From an uncultured cyanobacterium (GTDB taxonomy: Bacteria > Cyanobacteriota > Cyanobacteriia > CAKZMO01), in assembly GCA_963719515.1 (NCBI GenBank), contig CAVRCJ010000008.1:1-64000 (forward strand): a stretch of DNA of 64,000 nt, read 5' to 3'. Position 1 is the stretch's first letter, and each line of letters opens with the position of its first letter. Below, piece by piece: positions 41,678 through 52,518 of this stretch. The notes beneath the pieces were generated by a model. The model was given only the letters and a program-made list of their open reading frames with translations, was not told the origin of the DNA and did not search any database. A program made the translations under genes and the position numbers.

Positions 41678-42031
41678 CTAGCGCGGCTTTTGGGGCAGCG
41701 AGACCCGCTTGGTGAGAATGCGCATGACGTCGGTGGGGGTGAGGCCGCGCAGGCCCATGTTGGTGTTGCTGAGGGGAATGGGGTCAGACCATTCGTCGGG
41801 GCGGGCGTAGCTGAGCTTGTGCAAGGTGTCGCGGCAGTTGTTGACCGCGTAGAGGGAGCCGACGGCGATCAGCCGCAGGGTGTGGTAGCCGGTTTCGCTA
41901 TGGTCTCCGATTTGGTAGTCGCCGGTTTGGGGGTTGATGCCGAGGTCGTAGGCGGGCTGGGGGGTGTTGCCGGGTGCGGCCAAGGCGCGGCTGTGGTCAG
42001 CGCTGGGCTGGCCGGAGAGGTTATCTGTCAT
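41678..42031 (-). CDS. small hypothetical protein, paralog of 27894-28235
   Basis: 117 aa; ATG preceded by AGGAG inside a hairpin; conserved core LRLIAVGSLYAVNNCRDTLH..YARPDEWS. Confidence 0.75.
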   Translation of the reverse strand: MTDNLSGQPSADHSRALAAPGNTPQPAYDLGINPQTGDYQIGDHSETGYHTLRLIAVGSLYAVNNCRDTLHKLSYARPDEWSDPIPLSNTNMGLRGLTPTDVMRILTKRVSLPQKPR

Positions 42032-42292
42032 TTTGGGGTTGTCTCCTAGATTTGCTTTTGAAGTAGGAAAGACAACCCAAACGCTCAGCCACCCCGCAAA
42101 TTAAGGCGAGGTGGCTAGTCTGGGATAAAATCCCATTAGCTCTCGCTGGTTAGGTCAGCGGGGGTTAGCCGTCTGGAAGTGGTGACAACACGACCAGGCG
42201 GCGCGGCTAAATATTTGGGGTGTCGGAATCTGGACGCGGTGTGATTTGCGTCCATGGCTTGGCATGGTAGCGGAGTTTGAGGCCTGGTGCAA
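42032..42292 (-). promoter_or_regulatory. promoter plus structured 5' leader, copy 2
   Basis: Minus strand TTGCAC-N17-TACCAT and the same hairpin series as 27645-27893. Confidence 0.75.
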
Positions 42293-42335
42293 CCGTATGG
42301 CGGGAAAATGTTTTTTGAGTAGACAGCCCATACGC

Positions 42336-42450
42336 CGTAGGTTGGGTTGGAGCGATCGCGAAACCCAGCAAATTCAAGACATTAGTAAGTTTTTCGGGAT
42401 ATTTGATGACAATATCGGTGTTGGGTTTCCCTGCATCAACCCAACCTACG
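42336..42450. repeat. GTAG-type REP doublet (REPIN-like)
   Basis: CGTAGGTTGGGTTG..AAACCCAGCA and inverted TGTTGGGTTT..CAACCCAACCTACG; third partial CGTAGGTTGG at 42472. Confidence 0.7.
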
Positions 42451-42850
42451 GTGATTTGCTCGCCGAAAAGACGTAGGTTGGAGCGGTCAAAGGTAGGGGT
42501 CCCAGGGGCCGACGACTGGTTCGCCACTTTTCTCTTTTTTGGCGAGTTCGAGGTTGAGGGTGAGGAGTTTTTCGAGGATGTCGTCGTTGGGGCTGAAGCC
42601 GTAGGCAGCTAGTACCAGCGCGTCGAGCTGTTTGTGGAGTTTGTAGAGCTGGCTGGCGGGTTCATCAAAGTAGGCGTTGTAGAGTTTGGTGATGCCCCAC
42701 TGTTTTTGCTCCATTTGCTGGCTGCGGTAGTCGTGGAGTTCGAGGGCTTTAGCGCGGATATTTTGGACGGCCTTTTGGGTGGGAGTTTGAGGGAAGGGGA
42801 AGGTTTCGAAGCAAGTTGTGTTTGTATATCGAGTATCACTTTTCAAAGTA

Positions 42851-44007
42851 TAGCAATCCTGTTTGATTTATGAGAAGGAGCCATACCTGTGCAGTTTGGG
42901 GAAATCGAAGGTGTCCAACCTGAAGAACTGCTCAAACAGGGCTTTGAGTGCCGGAAACGATGGACACAACCCAGACATCCGCCTAAGCCAGGTCTTGCCT
43001 TGAAGCCAAGCATCTTCAATAGGGTTCTGAGTCGGGTCATTGGGGTCAAAACGAACACAGTGAATCTTCCATTCTTCTTGCGTAAGCCCCTCGTTCACCT
43101 GGGCTAAATACTCCTTAAGCTCGCCAGAGCGATGATAGCTGGCCCCATCCCAAAGAATGAGTAACCGCTGGTGGGGAAACTGAGCTTGTAAAGACTTCAG
43201 GTAAGCAATGGTACAAGCGGTGTTGCCCTTCTCATGCGCTTCGATAAATAACCGCTTGCTCACTAGGTCCACTGCCCCGTAGTAGGTTTGGCGCTCTCGC
43301 TCATTGACAACCGGCACTACCACCCGCTCATCAGTTCGCCCCCAAACATATCCTTGTAGGTCACCGCTCAGAAGGTGACACTCATCAAAGAACAGCACCC
43401 TCAGCTGCCCTTTGGCAATCGCCTCGCGGTAGAGCGCCAGCAGAGCGCAGATTTCGGCTTTTTTGCTGCCACCGCCTTAGCGTCCGCCTTGGGGTTGACC
43501 TTGCCGCTCTTCTTCCAGCTGATGCCAGCAGCCTCAAACAGGTCGTAGTAGCTTTGCTTCGACTCGTAGGCCACATCGTACACCTCAGCCAAGTGGTGCT
43601 CCAATTCGCTCAACTCCCAAATCGCCTTTTGCTGTAACCAGCTCAGCACCGCTGCCTTCTGCTGGGTCTCTAGATAGCTTTTTCGGCCCTTGTGCTGGGG
43701 CTTAAAGCCAGCTACGCCCCAGCTTTCGTAAGCTTGTTTCCAGTTGCTCACTGCACCCATCGATACATCGAGTATCCCGACGATCGCCTCATACCTATAG
43801 CCTTGGTAGAACAGCTTCACCGCTAGTGCCTTTTTCACTTGCCTGCCATCTCGTTGTTGACGGATGAAGGCTTTGAGCTCCTCCACTGCAGCAGTTTTAT
43901 TAGGTTTAGCGGGTGTCGTTAGCATTGCTCAGGGCCTCTCAGTATCAGCGCTTTAGTCTCCTCCGTAATTATACTGGCCCTACTCCACGAATCACCTCGG
44001 ATTGCTA
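42851..44007 (-). mobile_element. IS630-family element, 1157 bp
   Basis: Ends TAGCAATCC / GGATTGCTA; TA duplication at 42849-42850 and 44008-44009. Confidence 0.93.
42868..43925 (-). CDS. IS630 transposase in two frames joined by a predicted -1 frameshift
   Basis: HTH frame ends VAAKK at A AAA AAG (43458-43464); -1 frame continues KAEICALL..VLFFDE..WDGASYH..NPIE. Confidence 0.88.
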
Positions 44008-46462
44008 TAGAGCATTGGGCAGATATCCACAACCGGTGGTGTTCGGATGTAAGAATTCCCAGAATATAGAAGTCATTGGTTGCAACGACTGCAGTGGAGT
44101 CTCCTAGCAGGAAGTTACAGCTTGCAGGGCAAAATATGAACCACTTTGAATGTCTAGGAGTAGCAAAGTAGAAGTTGACATCCTTTAGAGCTTTTCTCAT
44201 GTCTGAACGAATTCGCCAATACTTCCACCAGTTCAAAATAGCCCATTCATCTTTAACCTTGCCTCTCTGAGGCTTGACATACTTCCTGACATGCGAAAAA
44301 GGCATGAAATAATTACTCGCCTCTTCCAGAGGCAAATTGTCAAAGTCTATGATCCATCTTTGAGGTTCAAAGTTTGGACTTGCTGTCAAGCTACGAGCAT
44401 CGATAAAAGGCTTAACAACAACTTTGTTTTTTGGCTCTATCGACAGCCACTTGCTTGCTTCTTCAGAATCAATAATGAAATGCTTTCCTCGAGGCTCAAC
44501 TCCTTTGAAGCATAGATTCAAATTTGATTTGAGCCGAGACGAAACTCCTGCAATATTGATTCTGGATTCAAAAGAGGAATTGATTTGAGAGACTATTTTA
44601 TTGTCTAAGTATAATTCCTTTGAATCACTCTTTGACCAATTGACAATACTGACATGTACTTTTGCTTCGCCAGACCAAGGCTGAGTCGAGATGGCCTCGT
44701 GTATAACACCCTCGTGTCTCAATAAATAATCTAGAGAAGCTGTGCGGGCTAGTCCTTGACTAATTGAATTTGTACCTACGAGTCCAGCTCTTTCCAGGCC
44801 TTCGATATTTTCGTGCGCCAGTCTAAACCAATAGATGCAAAGATCTACTTTGTCTTTGACTTCAGGAAACACCTCACAGACCTTCTCGACGTATTCGTCT
44901 CCTAAGTCTGTCTTCATTCGAGATCTACCAAGGAAAGGTGGATTCCCAATAATCGCATCCGCCTTAGGCCACTCCGTGAACAGCGCATCTGCGCAAACAA
45001 TATTCTTATCCAACGTATCCAACGGCAGCGCCGGCTCAAACAACCCCAGCCGATCGATCGCCACCTTCCGCGCAATCATCAGCGTCACCCGCGCCAGCTC
45101 CACCGCAAACGGATTATTATCAATGCCAAAAAACTGATTCGGCGTAATGAACCCCATCTGCATCTGTTCTCGGGGCGATCGCCGTCGCTCAGCAATCTTC
45201 TCCAGCAGCATTTGCTCAATCTGCTTCAGCTCCTGGTAGGCGATGTACAAAAAATTCCCCGACCCACAGGCCGGGTCCAGCACCCGATACGCCTGCAGCT
45301 CAAGCTGTAGCTTCTCCAATTCCCCAATCGTGCCCGCCGCCTCAATCCGCTCCTCCCAATAGCGAGAAATCGTCGGGCGCACAATTTTCATAATGTCCGC
45401 CTCCGCCGTGTAGTGGATGCCGTGGGCGTGACGCTCTTTCTCATCAATGGCCGACTCAAAGACGTTGCCGAAGATTGCCGGACGCACCATGCTCCAGTCC
45501 TCAATCGCCGACACCTCTAAAAACTTCAGCTCTTCCTTGGTTAGCTCCAGCGGGTGAATCTCAGCGAACAGCCCCCCGTTGAAATAGTCCACCCCCTGGA
45601 AGCGACCCACTGGCGTCATCCCCGGCGTATTCATCGCCTGGAACAGGCCCCGCAGCACATCATACGAACTCTCGCCGCTCTCCAAACAGTCCTTCACGCA
45701 GCGCAGAAAAATGCTGTGGGGCAGCAGCTTCCGGTCTTCGGCGAACATGGCCAGCACGCACTGCAGCACAAACCGCTGCGCCACCAGCGTATCTATCCCT
45801 CGCTTTTTCAGCTCCACCAGCAGCTCACCCATCTGCCGCGCCGCCGTCTCCGTCACCTCCACCTGGTTATTGCGAAACACCGGCTCGCGGTTCACCTTTT
45901 CCATAAAGGCGAAGGTCTCCACCTGCTGCGGCAGCTGCTCCAGCGTTATTGTGTCTACCGGCGTATCGATCTGAGTGTCAAAGTCGTAAATCCAAAACTC
46001 GTCAAAATTGCACAGCATCACATAGCGGGGCCGGTTGGGCACCGCCCGCTGCCAGTAATCAAACGCCTGAGAGTAATGCTTGCCGAGCTTCTCCCCACGC
46101 TTCTTCATCTCAATCAATACGCGGGGCTTCCACACCAAGTCAGCAAAGCCCGTCTTGCCGGTTTTGCTGCCCTTTTTGATGCGTTGCTCGTATTCTGCGC
46201 CCGCCTCAAGCGCCCCCTCATGGCCGAAGGCGCGGAAAAAACGGTCTAGAAACGTTTGTGCCTCTCCCTTCTCATCCCCCCGGATATGCTGGTCGCAGAA
46301 ATTGACAAAATCCTGGAGGCGCTCGGAGGTGGAGGACACAGATTGGCTAGACGTTTAGTGAGGTGTGGTGCCTACAGTTCTAGCAGATTTCTACAGGGGC
46401 TTCACTCAGGCAACGTAAGCGATCGCCTAGCGGCAGCGCAGCCTAAGCAACTCGCAGGCGGC

Positions 46463-47092
46463 CTAAGCCAAGACAGTCCCTACCAAACAGGCATCCCCAA
46501 AACTCGCTCCCGACAGCGTCACGCCATGTAGGTCAGCGCAGAGCAGATTGGCCCCGTCCAGAGCCGCCCCCGCCAAATCTGCACCTCTCAAGTCAGCCTC
46601 CTCCAAATTTGCGCCGTTGAGAATCGCTCCCTTAAGATTAGCCTGACTGAGGTTGGCCCCCTTAAGGTTAGCGCCATTGAGATTCGCCCCCCGTAGGTCG
46701 GCGCTGCGCAGGTCGACGCCAGAAAGGTTGACCCCCATCAGCGTCGCGCCGCTGAGGAACGCCGCCGCAAAATTGGTGTGCTTGAGGCTCGACTGCATGA
46801 GATTGGCCCCCCGCAGGTTGGCCCCCCGCAGATCGGCGCTCGTCAGATTGACCTGCATGAGGTTGGCCCCCAGGAGGTTGGCCCGCAAATCTGCCCCAAT
46901 ACATTGGCACCCCACCATATTCGCCCCTTCAAGCCGAGCGCCATTGAGAATGGCGTAGCTCAGGTCCGCCCCCGTGAGCAGGGCTCCCGCCAAATTAGCG
47001 CGGCTGAGATCTACTTTGACCAAGTCCTGGTCTTCAAGCCGCGCCCCCGGCAGTTCCGTCAGCTGCCCCGCTCGTATCGCCTCAATATTCAT
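46463..47092 (-). CDS. pentapeptide repeat protein
   Basis: Tandem A(D/N)LxG repeats throughout. Confidence 0.93.
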   Translation of the reverse strand: MNIEAIRAGQLTELPGARLEDQDLVKVDLSRANLAGALLTGADLSYAILNGARLEGANMVGCQCIGADLRANLLGANLMQVNLTSADLRGANLRGANLMQSSLKHTNFAAAFLSGATLMGVNLSGVDLRSADLRGANLNGANLKGANLSQANLKGAILNGANLEEADLRGADLAGAALDGANLLCADLHGVTLSGASFGDACLVGTVLA

Positions 47093-47269
47093 ACGTCGTT
47101 CTTCAATGTCATCTGCATTGTGCTAGGGATAATCTCTACCAGCGCGAAAGCGATCGCTTCAGACCATGAGCCAACAGACGCCCTGGCTAGCCGTACTGTA
47201 TCATCTAACACGAATCGTTATCTGACGCCGATAGCTTGAGAAATCGCGAGCAGGGCAGACGCCGCCGAC

Positions 47270-48721
47270 CTACCGTACCGTTAGCGTCGGTTCGGCAAAT
47301 TCAGCGTCGTCGTCCAGTAGCCAGAGGCCAGAGGCAATTTTGGGAGCCGTTACCGACAAGCTCAATCCTTGGCGCAGGCCATTCACCAGCAGGGTTAAGA
47401 TCTCAACGAGCTTTGGATCCCATCGTCCCTCCTCCTCAGTGCAGACCTCAAGAGCGCGGCCCAGCGCATCGGCGTCCAGGTTTTTGCCAAAGCGATCGCC
47501 CTCGGAGGTCGCCTGCTGCTCTGCGAGCCGGGTTTGAAAGGCACTGGCCAGCCCCAGAATTCTCGACTCCACCGGAATCGCATCGCCCTCCAGTCGAGCG
47601 GGCAGGCCCGAGCCGTTCCACCACTCGGTGTAGTGGGTGATGATAGCGGCGATCGCCCTGAGGCGCGGCATGGTTCGCAGCACCTGCGTCCCTGGATTGA
47701 GGGGACAGAATAGTCCGCTTGCCGCCGTCTCCTCTTCTAGCCGAGGGGCCGGGGCAATAGGGTCGTCTATATTCTTCAGAAACGCCAGCCGATGCAGCAG
47801 TCCCGCAAGCCGCAGCCGGTGAAGCTGCCAGCCGGGCAGATCGAGAAGCTGTCCTATCGCTTCAGACAGCGCCGCCACTTCAGCCGCCGCCATGGGATTT
47901 CTCATGTCGGCCTGGTCCATGATTTGGGCCAGCCGCAAAAAGGCCTGTAGCTTGTTGGAAACCAGATTGCTCGCTAGAGGTTCGGCGCTATCGGGGTCAA
48001 TGATAGCGAGATCCGTATCGGGCGCAGCGGTGTGGGTATCTTCAGCGGTCTGCAGATAATCGACGACCCGATATACGATATCGCCTAGGTGAAGCGTAGT
48101 GTCGGGGGCGCGGCTCATATCAGCGCCAAAGGCATCAGCCGTACGCTCAATCTGCGTCACCAGAGCGTTGTGTAGCGCCTCGTCATACTTGCGCACGTGG
48201 TCGGCGGCTAGCCTAGCCGTCTCCAGCACGAGGCCCGGCTCAAACGTCCAGAACCCGTAGAACTTCCGCTCTAAGTCCGTCGTTGGCTCACCTAAGGCCC
48301 GGTAGTCCTGCGAGGAAAGCTCTTGGCAGAGCACCATCGCGGTGTAGGTCGGCGACAAGATGATCAAGTGCCACTCTTGAGCCACCGGATCATCGTCGCT
48401 GAGGCTGACCAAATCGACGTTGGGCCTTTGACCCGTTGGATGGTCGTGGAAGCCTGCATCTGGGGAGGCCATGATGACAATGCGCTGAGCCTCCTCGGCG
48501 ATCTCACCGTAGCGATCGGCCTCCTGGAGGTACCACTGCCCCCGCTGGAATGCGGTGATCACCAGTGGGTCGCTGTCGATCGTAAGGATGGAGTCTTCTA
48601 GCGCATGACAGAGCGCCACTAGGGTGTTTTTGTAGTAGACGCCGAAATTGAGCGATTGCTGCCCGTCGGCGCTTCCCTGATGGGCCTCTCTGAGTTTCTG
48701 TAGAATCGAACCGCTGAGCAT
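47270..48721 (-). CDS. DICT sensory domain plus degenerate HD-GYP-like domain protein
   Basis: KNTLVALCHALED, TAFQ, EWHLI and FYGFWTF motifs; LLHRL and EWWNGSGLP in place of HD and GYP. Confidence 0.8.
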   Translation of the reverse strand: MLSGSILQKLREAHQGSADGQQSLNFGVYYKNTLVALCHALEDSILTIDSDPLVITAFQRGQWYLQEADRYGEIAEEAQRIVIMASPDAGFHDHPTGQRPNVDLVSLSDDDPVAQEWHLIILSPTYTAMVLCQELSSQDYRALGEPTTDLERKFYGFWTFEPGLVLETARLAADHVRKYDEALHNALVTQIERTADAFGADMSRAPDTTLHLGDIVYRVVDYLQTAEDTHTAAPDTDLAIIDPDSAEPLASNLVSNKLQAFLRLAQIMDQADMRNPMAAAEVAALSEAIGQLLDLPGWQLHRLRLAGLLHRLAFLKNIDDPIAPAPRLEEETAASGLFCPLNPGTQVLRTMPRLRAIAAIITHYTEWWNGSGLPARLEGDAIPVESRILGLASAFQTRLAEQQATSEGDRFGKNLDADALGRALEVCTEEEGRWDPKLVEILTLLVNGLRQGLSLSVTAPKIASGLWLLDDDAEFAEPTLTVR

Positions 48722-48844
48722 AAGGTGTTGAGTATAGGGTGGGTATTAAAGAAAGGCTTTTATGGTTTGGTGAGGTGCTACGGCCTCGAGGTAGGAAAGG
48801 CCTGCAGCACGCTGAGCTGAGGCATCTGAGTGAGGCATACAGGT

Positions 48845-50485
48845 CTACGACACGGCGGTGAGTTCGCGGGGCTGGTGAGTGATGGGAGCCGACAGCGCCT
48901 CTTCTAGGTCGGATCGCCCCAAGGTCTCCTCTAATAGTGCCATGACCTCGCGACCAAAGTCTTTGGGGTTGCGCTGCCAAGCCTGTAAACAAATGTCACC
49001 AAAGAAAGAGCCCATGGGTTCCGGGTTCCACAGCAGCTTCTTCGCTGTCCAGGGCATCATGCTCATGGGGTTGTAGTCAGGCTTGAGAATATCCTGCTTA
49101 AAGGCGTACTGCTCTAAGTGGGTGTGGGGCTGCAGGCCGATGAAGAAAATGGCGGGCTCTACCTTGTCTGCGCCAAACACTTCTTCTAAAGCGCGATGGT
49201 AGGCCACGGTTTGGCGGATAGTCTCGGGGCGCTCGTCGATGACGTTAAAGGAGTAGTTGACGGAGACCGTATCGTTGAACCCCGCCGCCTTGAGATCGCG
49301 GCAGTTGTTCAGCACGGTTCTCAGGTTGTAGCCCATGCGCATCTTGCGGACAAGCTCTTGAGAGCCGCTGGTGATGCCGATTTCAAAGTAATTCATGCCG
49401 GTCTGCACCATCAGCTCGCACAGCCTTGGGGTGAGGTTGTCGGCGCGGATGTAGGCGGCCCAGTGGATGTCATCCATGCCCGCCGCCAGAACTTTTTCCA
49501 GCAGCTCTACGGCGTCATCAATGTAGCGTCGCGCCGGAATGAACTGAGCGTCGGTGAACCAAAAGTTGCGGATGCCGCGAGCGTAGAGCTGCTGCATCTC
49601 ATTGACCACCTCGTCAGCGGGATTGATGCGCACCTGCTTGCCCTCCACCACGGTGTAGATGCAGTAGCAGCAGTTGTGGGGGCAGCCCCGCTTGGTCTGC
49701 ACGCCCACGTAAAAGTCCTGCTCTTGGAGGTAGTAGTCAAATTCGGGCCAGATGGTCTCGATGTAGTCGTAGCGGCAGGCCGACTTCTCTAGCGGTGCGG
49801 GGCTCTCGTGAATCATGCGATCGCGAGGCTGAGTTTCCCCAGCGACGTAGCAGCGCTCGCCGCTAAAATCCTCGCCCTTGAGCAATTTCTCCAGCAGCAG
49901 CTCCCCTTCCCCCACTGAGACGACGGTGCCTTTGGGAAGGCGATCGCACATCTGCTCATAGAACACGCTCACCGCGCCGCCCCCAACCACGGCCCGCACC
50001 TGAGGGACATAGCGCTGGGCCCGCTCAAGTCCCCGGCGAATTAGGCCAAGGTTACGCCACAGCTCGGTGTAGTAGGCGGTCGTCACCCGCAGGCCGCCGA
50101 AAGCCCCCCGCAGTTTCACGAGGGGATTGCGGGCGTAGTAAAACTCGAAGGCGTTCTGCAGCGGGTTGCCGCCCCGTCCGCCGACCGGCGCGTAGATCTG
50201 AATGTCTCGCCAGGAGAATACCAGCAGCGTCGGCTTAAACTCGTCCACACAGCGATCCAAGGCACCAGAAAAATCAAGCGGCGGCACGGTTCCCAGATCG
50301 AAAATGCGCTGCGCTGCCTGCGGAACGGCCTTGTGGACATGGTCCGCTAGGTAGACAACGCCAATTGGGAAAATGGGGTTGCAGGGAAGCCGGACGTACA
50401 GGACACGGTGATGCTGCAGCTTTGCAGCGTCAGTCTGAGCGGCGTGAGGGGTATTCTGGTCGGAGGGAGTGGGGGAAAGAGCCAT
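48845..50485 (-). CDS. B12-binding radical SAM protein (PSII high-light acclimation, Slr0320-like)
   Basis: RLPCNPIFPIG; QTKRGCPHNCCYC (CxxxCxxC); likely start MALSP at 50485. Confidence 0.85.
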   Translation of the reverse strand: MALSPTPSDQNTPHAAQTDAAKLQHHRVLYVRLPCNPIFPIGVVYLADHVHKAVPQAAQRIFDLGTVPPLDFSGALDRCVDEFKPTLLVFSWRDIQIYAPVGGRGGNPLQNAFEFYYARNPLVKLRGAFGGLRVTTAYYTELWRNLGLIRRGLERAQRYVPQVRAVVGGGAVSVFYEQMCDRLPKGTVVSVGEGELLLEKLLKGEDFSGERCYVAGETQPRDRMIHESPAPLEKSACRYDYIETIWPEFDYYLQEQDFYVGVQTKRGCPHNCCYCIYTVVEGKQVRINPADEVVNEMQQLYARGIRNFWFTDAQFIPARRYIDDAVELLEKVLAAGMDDIHWAAYIRADNLTPRLCELMVQTGMNYFEIGITSGSQELVRKMRMGYNLRTVLNNCRDLKAAGFNDTVSVNYSFNVIDERPETIRQTVAYHRALEEVFGADKVEPAIFFIGLQPHTHLEQYAFKQDILKPDYNPMSMMPWTAKKLLWNPEPMGSFFGDICLQAWQRNPKDFGREVMALLEETLGRSDLEEALSAPITHQPRELTAVS

Positions 50486-50953
50486 AGTCTGTATGAGGTG
50501 ACCTGAGGCTGACTTAACGGCAAGTGGGCTAGCTGGAGGCTGGCGACGCCTCCAGCTGTGCGAATTTTCTGATAATATTTCACATAACTTTACGATACCA
50601 CCTGCGTCCTTAACCTGCATCCCTTTTCCCGAACAGAATATGGCAGGGTGTAAAGTTTTACCGCCTTTGCAGCGGTGTCTTGCGATATGTTTCGACATAC
50701 GGAGAGCAGGGTTGTCCTCAGCCGGCTTCCTGAGTGACCAAGGCCCTATCCACGCTGCGCTGCGGTCAGCATTAGGGCCAGGTGAAGAAGATTTCGCTGC
50801 AGGAGACCTATCTTTTTGAGTAGATTTGTTAAATGTGAGCGGTAGAAATTAGACTTGGTAGTCGGATTTACAACTATCCGGGATCGCCTAGTGTTAACGT
50901 TTCATTAGGCATTTATACGTCCGCATTAAAGCTTCACACATTAACATAAGGTT

Positions 50954-51346
50954 ATGGCACAAGTTTTTGATCCCGTTCCATCCGATCACCCGAGCCGCAT
51001 CCTCTGCTGCTACATCAACGCCACCAGCAAGATTCAGATCGTCCGCATTACCAACGTCGTGAACTGGTATTTCGAGCGCGTCGTTTTTCCTGGGCAGCGG
51101 CTTGTCTTCGAGGCGCTAGCCTCTGCTCAGCTTGAGGTTCATTCGGGCGCGATGGCGAGCGCCATTCTATCCGACACGATTCCTTGCCAGCGACTGCAGG
51201 TCAGCACGGGAGAGTCGGAGCAAAATTTCGCGCCCCCCCAGCCCGCTGCCCCAGAATCCGCTGCCCCAGCGCCGCCTAGCTCAGAAGACCAGCCGCGAGC
51301 CTCTCACAATATGCCGGCGGCCCGTGCGGTCTACCAGTCTGTGTAG
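50954..51346 (+). CDS. DUF1830 domain protein
   Basis: CCYINATSKIQIVRITN..WYFERVVFPGQRLVFEA..LSDTIPC. Confidence 0.85.
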   Translation: MAQVFDPVPSDHPSRILCCYINATSKIQIVRITNVVNWYFERVVFPGQRLVFEALASAQLEVHSGAMASAILSDTIPCQRLQVSTGESEQNFAPPQPAAPESAAPAPPSSEDQPRASHNMPAARAVYQSV

Positions 51347-51420
51347 AGGGCGACGGCAGCTGCTGGCCCCACAAGCTGAGAAGGGCTCATGCTAGGCTTG
51401 ACTAATGAGTTTAATGTGAT

Positions 51421-51855
51421 TTGCCCTTGGACTTACCCTCTTTTATCTGGCTCTGGCGCATAGCGGCTTGGTCCATGGGGCTAGCCGTGTGCGCCTACTT
51501 CGTTTTGGCAGCTACTGGAGGCTGGATCTGGATCCGTCAGGGCCTGCTGCGCTCCCAATGGCTGAAGCTGCTTCACTACGGCACCGGCATCTGCCTTGTG
51601 GCTCTGGTGCTGCTTTTGCTGGGAATTGGAATCGTAGGAACGCTTGGCGAGTATGGTTCCCTTGGGCATTCCGTACATCTGCTGGCGGGGCTTGTGGTGG
51701 TTGCGCTGGTGCTGCTATCGGCCTGGAGCGCCAGTCAGATTGGGGGCAATCGCTGGGCCCGGCGGCTGCATGTCTCCATCAACGCAGTTTTGTTTGCGGC
51801 AATGGCGACCGTGTCTTGGACGGGGTGGTCTGTGGTTCAAAAGTATTTACCGTAG
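51421..51855 (+). CDS. DUF4079-like membrane protein
   Basis: LPSFIWLWRIAAWSMG; conserved His in TM helices; TGWSVVQKYLP. Confidence 0.75.
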   Translation: MPLDLPSFIWLWRIAAWSMGLAVCAYFVLAATGGWIWIRQGLLRSQWLKLLHYGTGICLVALVLLLLGIGIVGTLGEYGSLGHSVHLLAGLVVVALVLLSAWSASQIGGNRWARRLHVSINAVLFAAMATVSWTGWSVVQKYLP

Positions 51856-51864
51856 GGAAGCGCG

Positions 51865-52473
51865 ATGGGCAAGAGTAATGGCGATCGCCGCATCTTTAAC
51901 TTATCCCCCCTCATCCGCATAACGCTGCTCGGCCTCTACGCCGCGCTGCTGCTTCCTCTACCCATACTCGCTCAGGCTACCGCAGCGCCCCTATCTCCCG
52001 CGCTGCTGACGCTGGGCGTCCTTGCGGGGGCCGTGCTTCTCTACGCGGCCCTCTCGGAGCGCGTGCTCGTCGATGAGGCGGGGATTCAGGTGGTTTATGC
52101 CGCGTGGGTTCCCAGCCTCTGGCGCTCGGGCTGGTCGCTGCGGTGGCAGGACATCAAGGCGCTCAAGCCTCGCTCTACTGGTCAGGGAGGCATTGTGTAC
52201 TACTTTGTTGCTCAGCCGGACGCTGGCAATAGCAACAGCACTACAGAGCCGGTCTCTGAGCAGCGGGCCTATCTTTTGCCTATGCGAGTAGCTGGCTTTG
52301 CTGAGCTGGTGCGCTACGTACAGGCTCAAACCGATATTGACATGACGGACGTCCGCCCGCTGGCCCAGCCCTGGATGTACCTGATTTTGCTGAGCTTTAC
52401 GCTGGTGTTAATGCTGATTGACGGCTGGGTGGTTTGGATGGCCCTATCTCATCAGCTTCCCATGCCCCTTTAG
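51865..52473 (+). CDS. conserved hypothetical membrane protein
   Basis: LSPLIRITL, RSTGQGGIVYY, LLPMRVAGF and RPLAQPWMY motifs. Confidence 0.7.
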   Translation: MGKSNGDRRIFNLSPLIRITLLGLYAALLLPLPILAQATAAPLSPALLTLGVLAGAVLLYAALSERVLVDEAGIQVVYAAWVPSLWRSGWSLRWQDIKALKPRSTGQGGIVYYFVAQPDAGNSNSTTEPVSEQRAYLLPMRVAGFAELVRYVQAQTDIDMTDVRPLAQPWMYLILLSFTLVLMLIDGWVVWMALSHQLPMPL

Positions 52474-52518
52474 AGGGCGCGCCGGGCTGGGCTAGCCCTA
52501 TGGTTGGTGCTGGCTGCT

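Larger units (their letters stand above)
42487..46339 (-). pseudogene. MmeI-like (type IIL/IIG) restriction-methylase interrupted by IS630
   Basis: FADLVWK..IEMK, VLDPACGSGNFL and GNPPF motifs; removing the IS and one TA restores AQCSTLKSDTRYTNTTCFETFPFP (897 aa). Confidence 0.9.

Noticed and set aside
42207..42527. 106-aa ORF downstream of the RM gene
   Set aside because: Crosses the REP doublet and the module promoter; probably spurious
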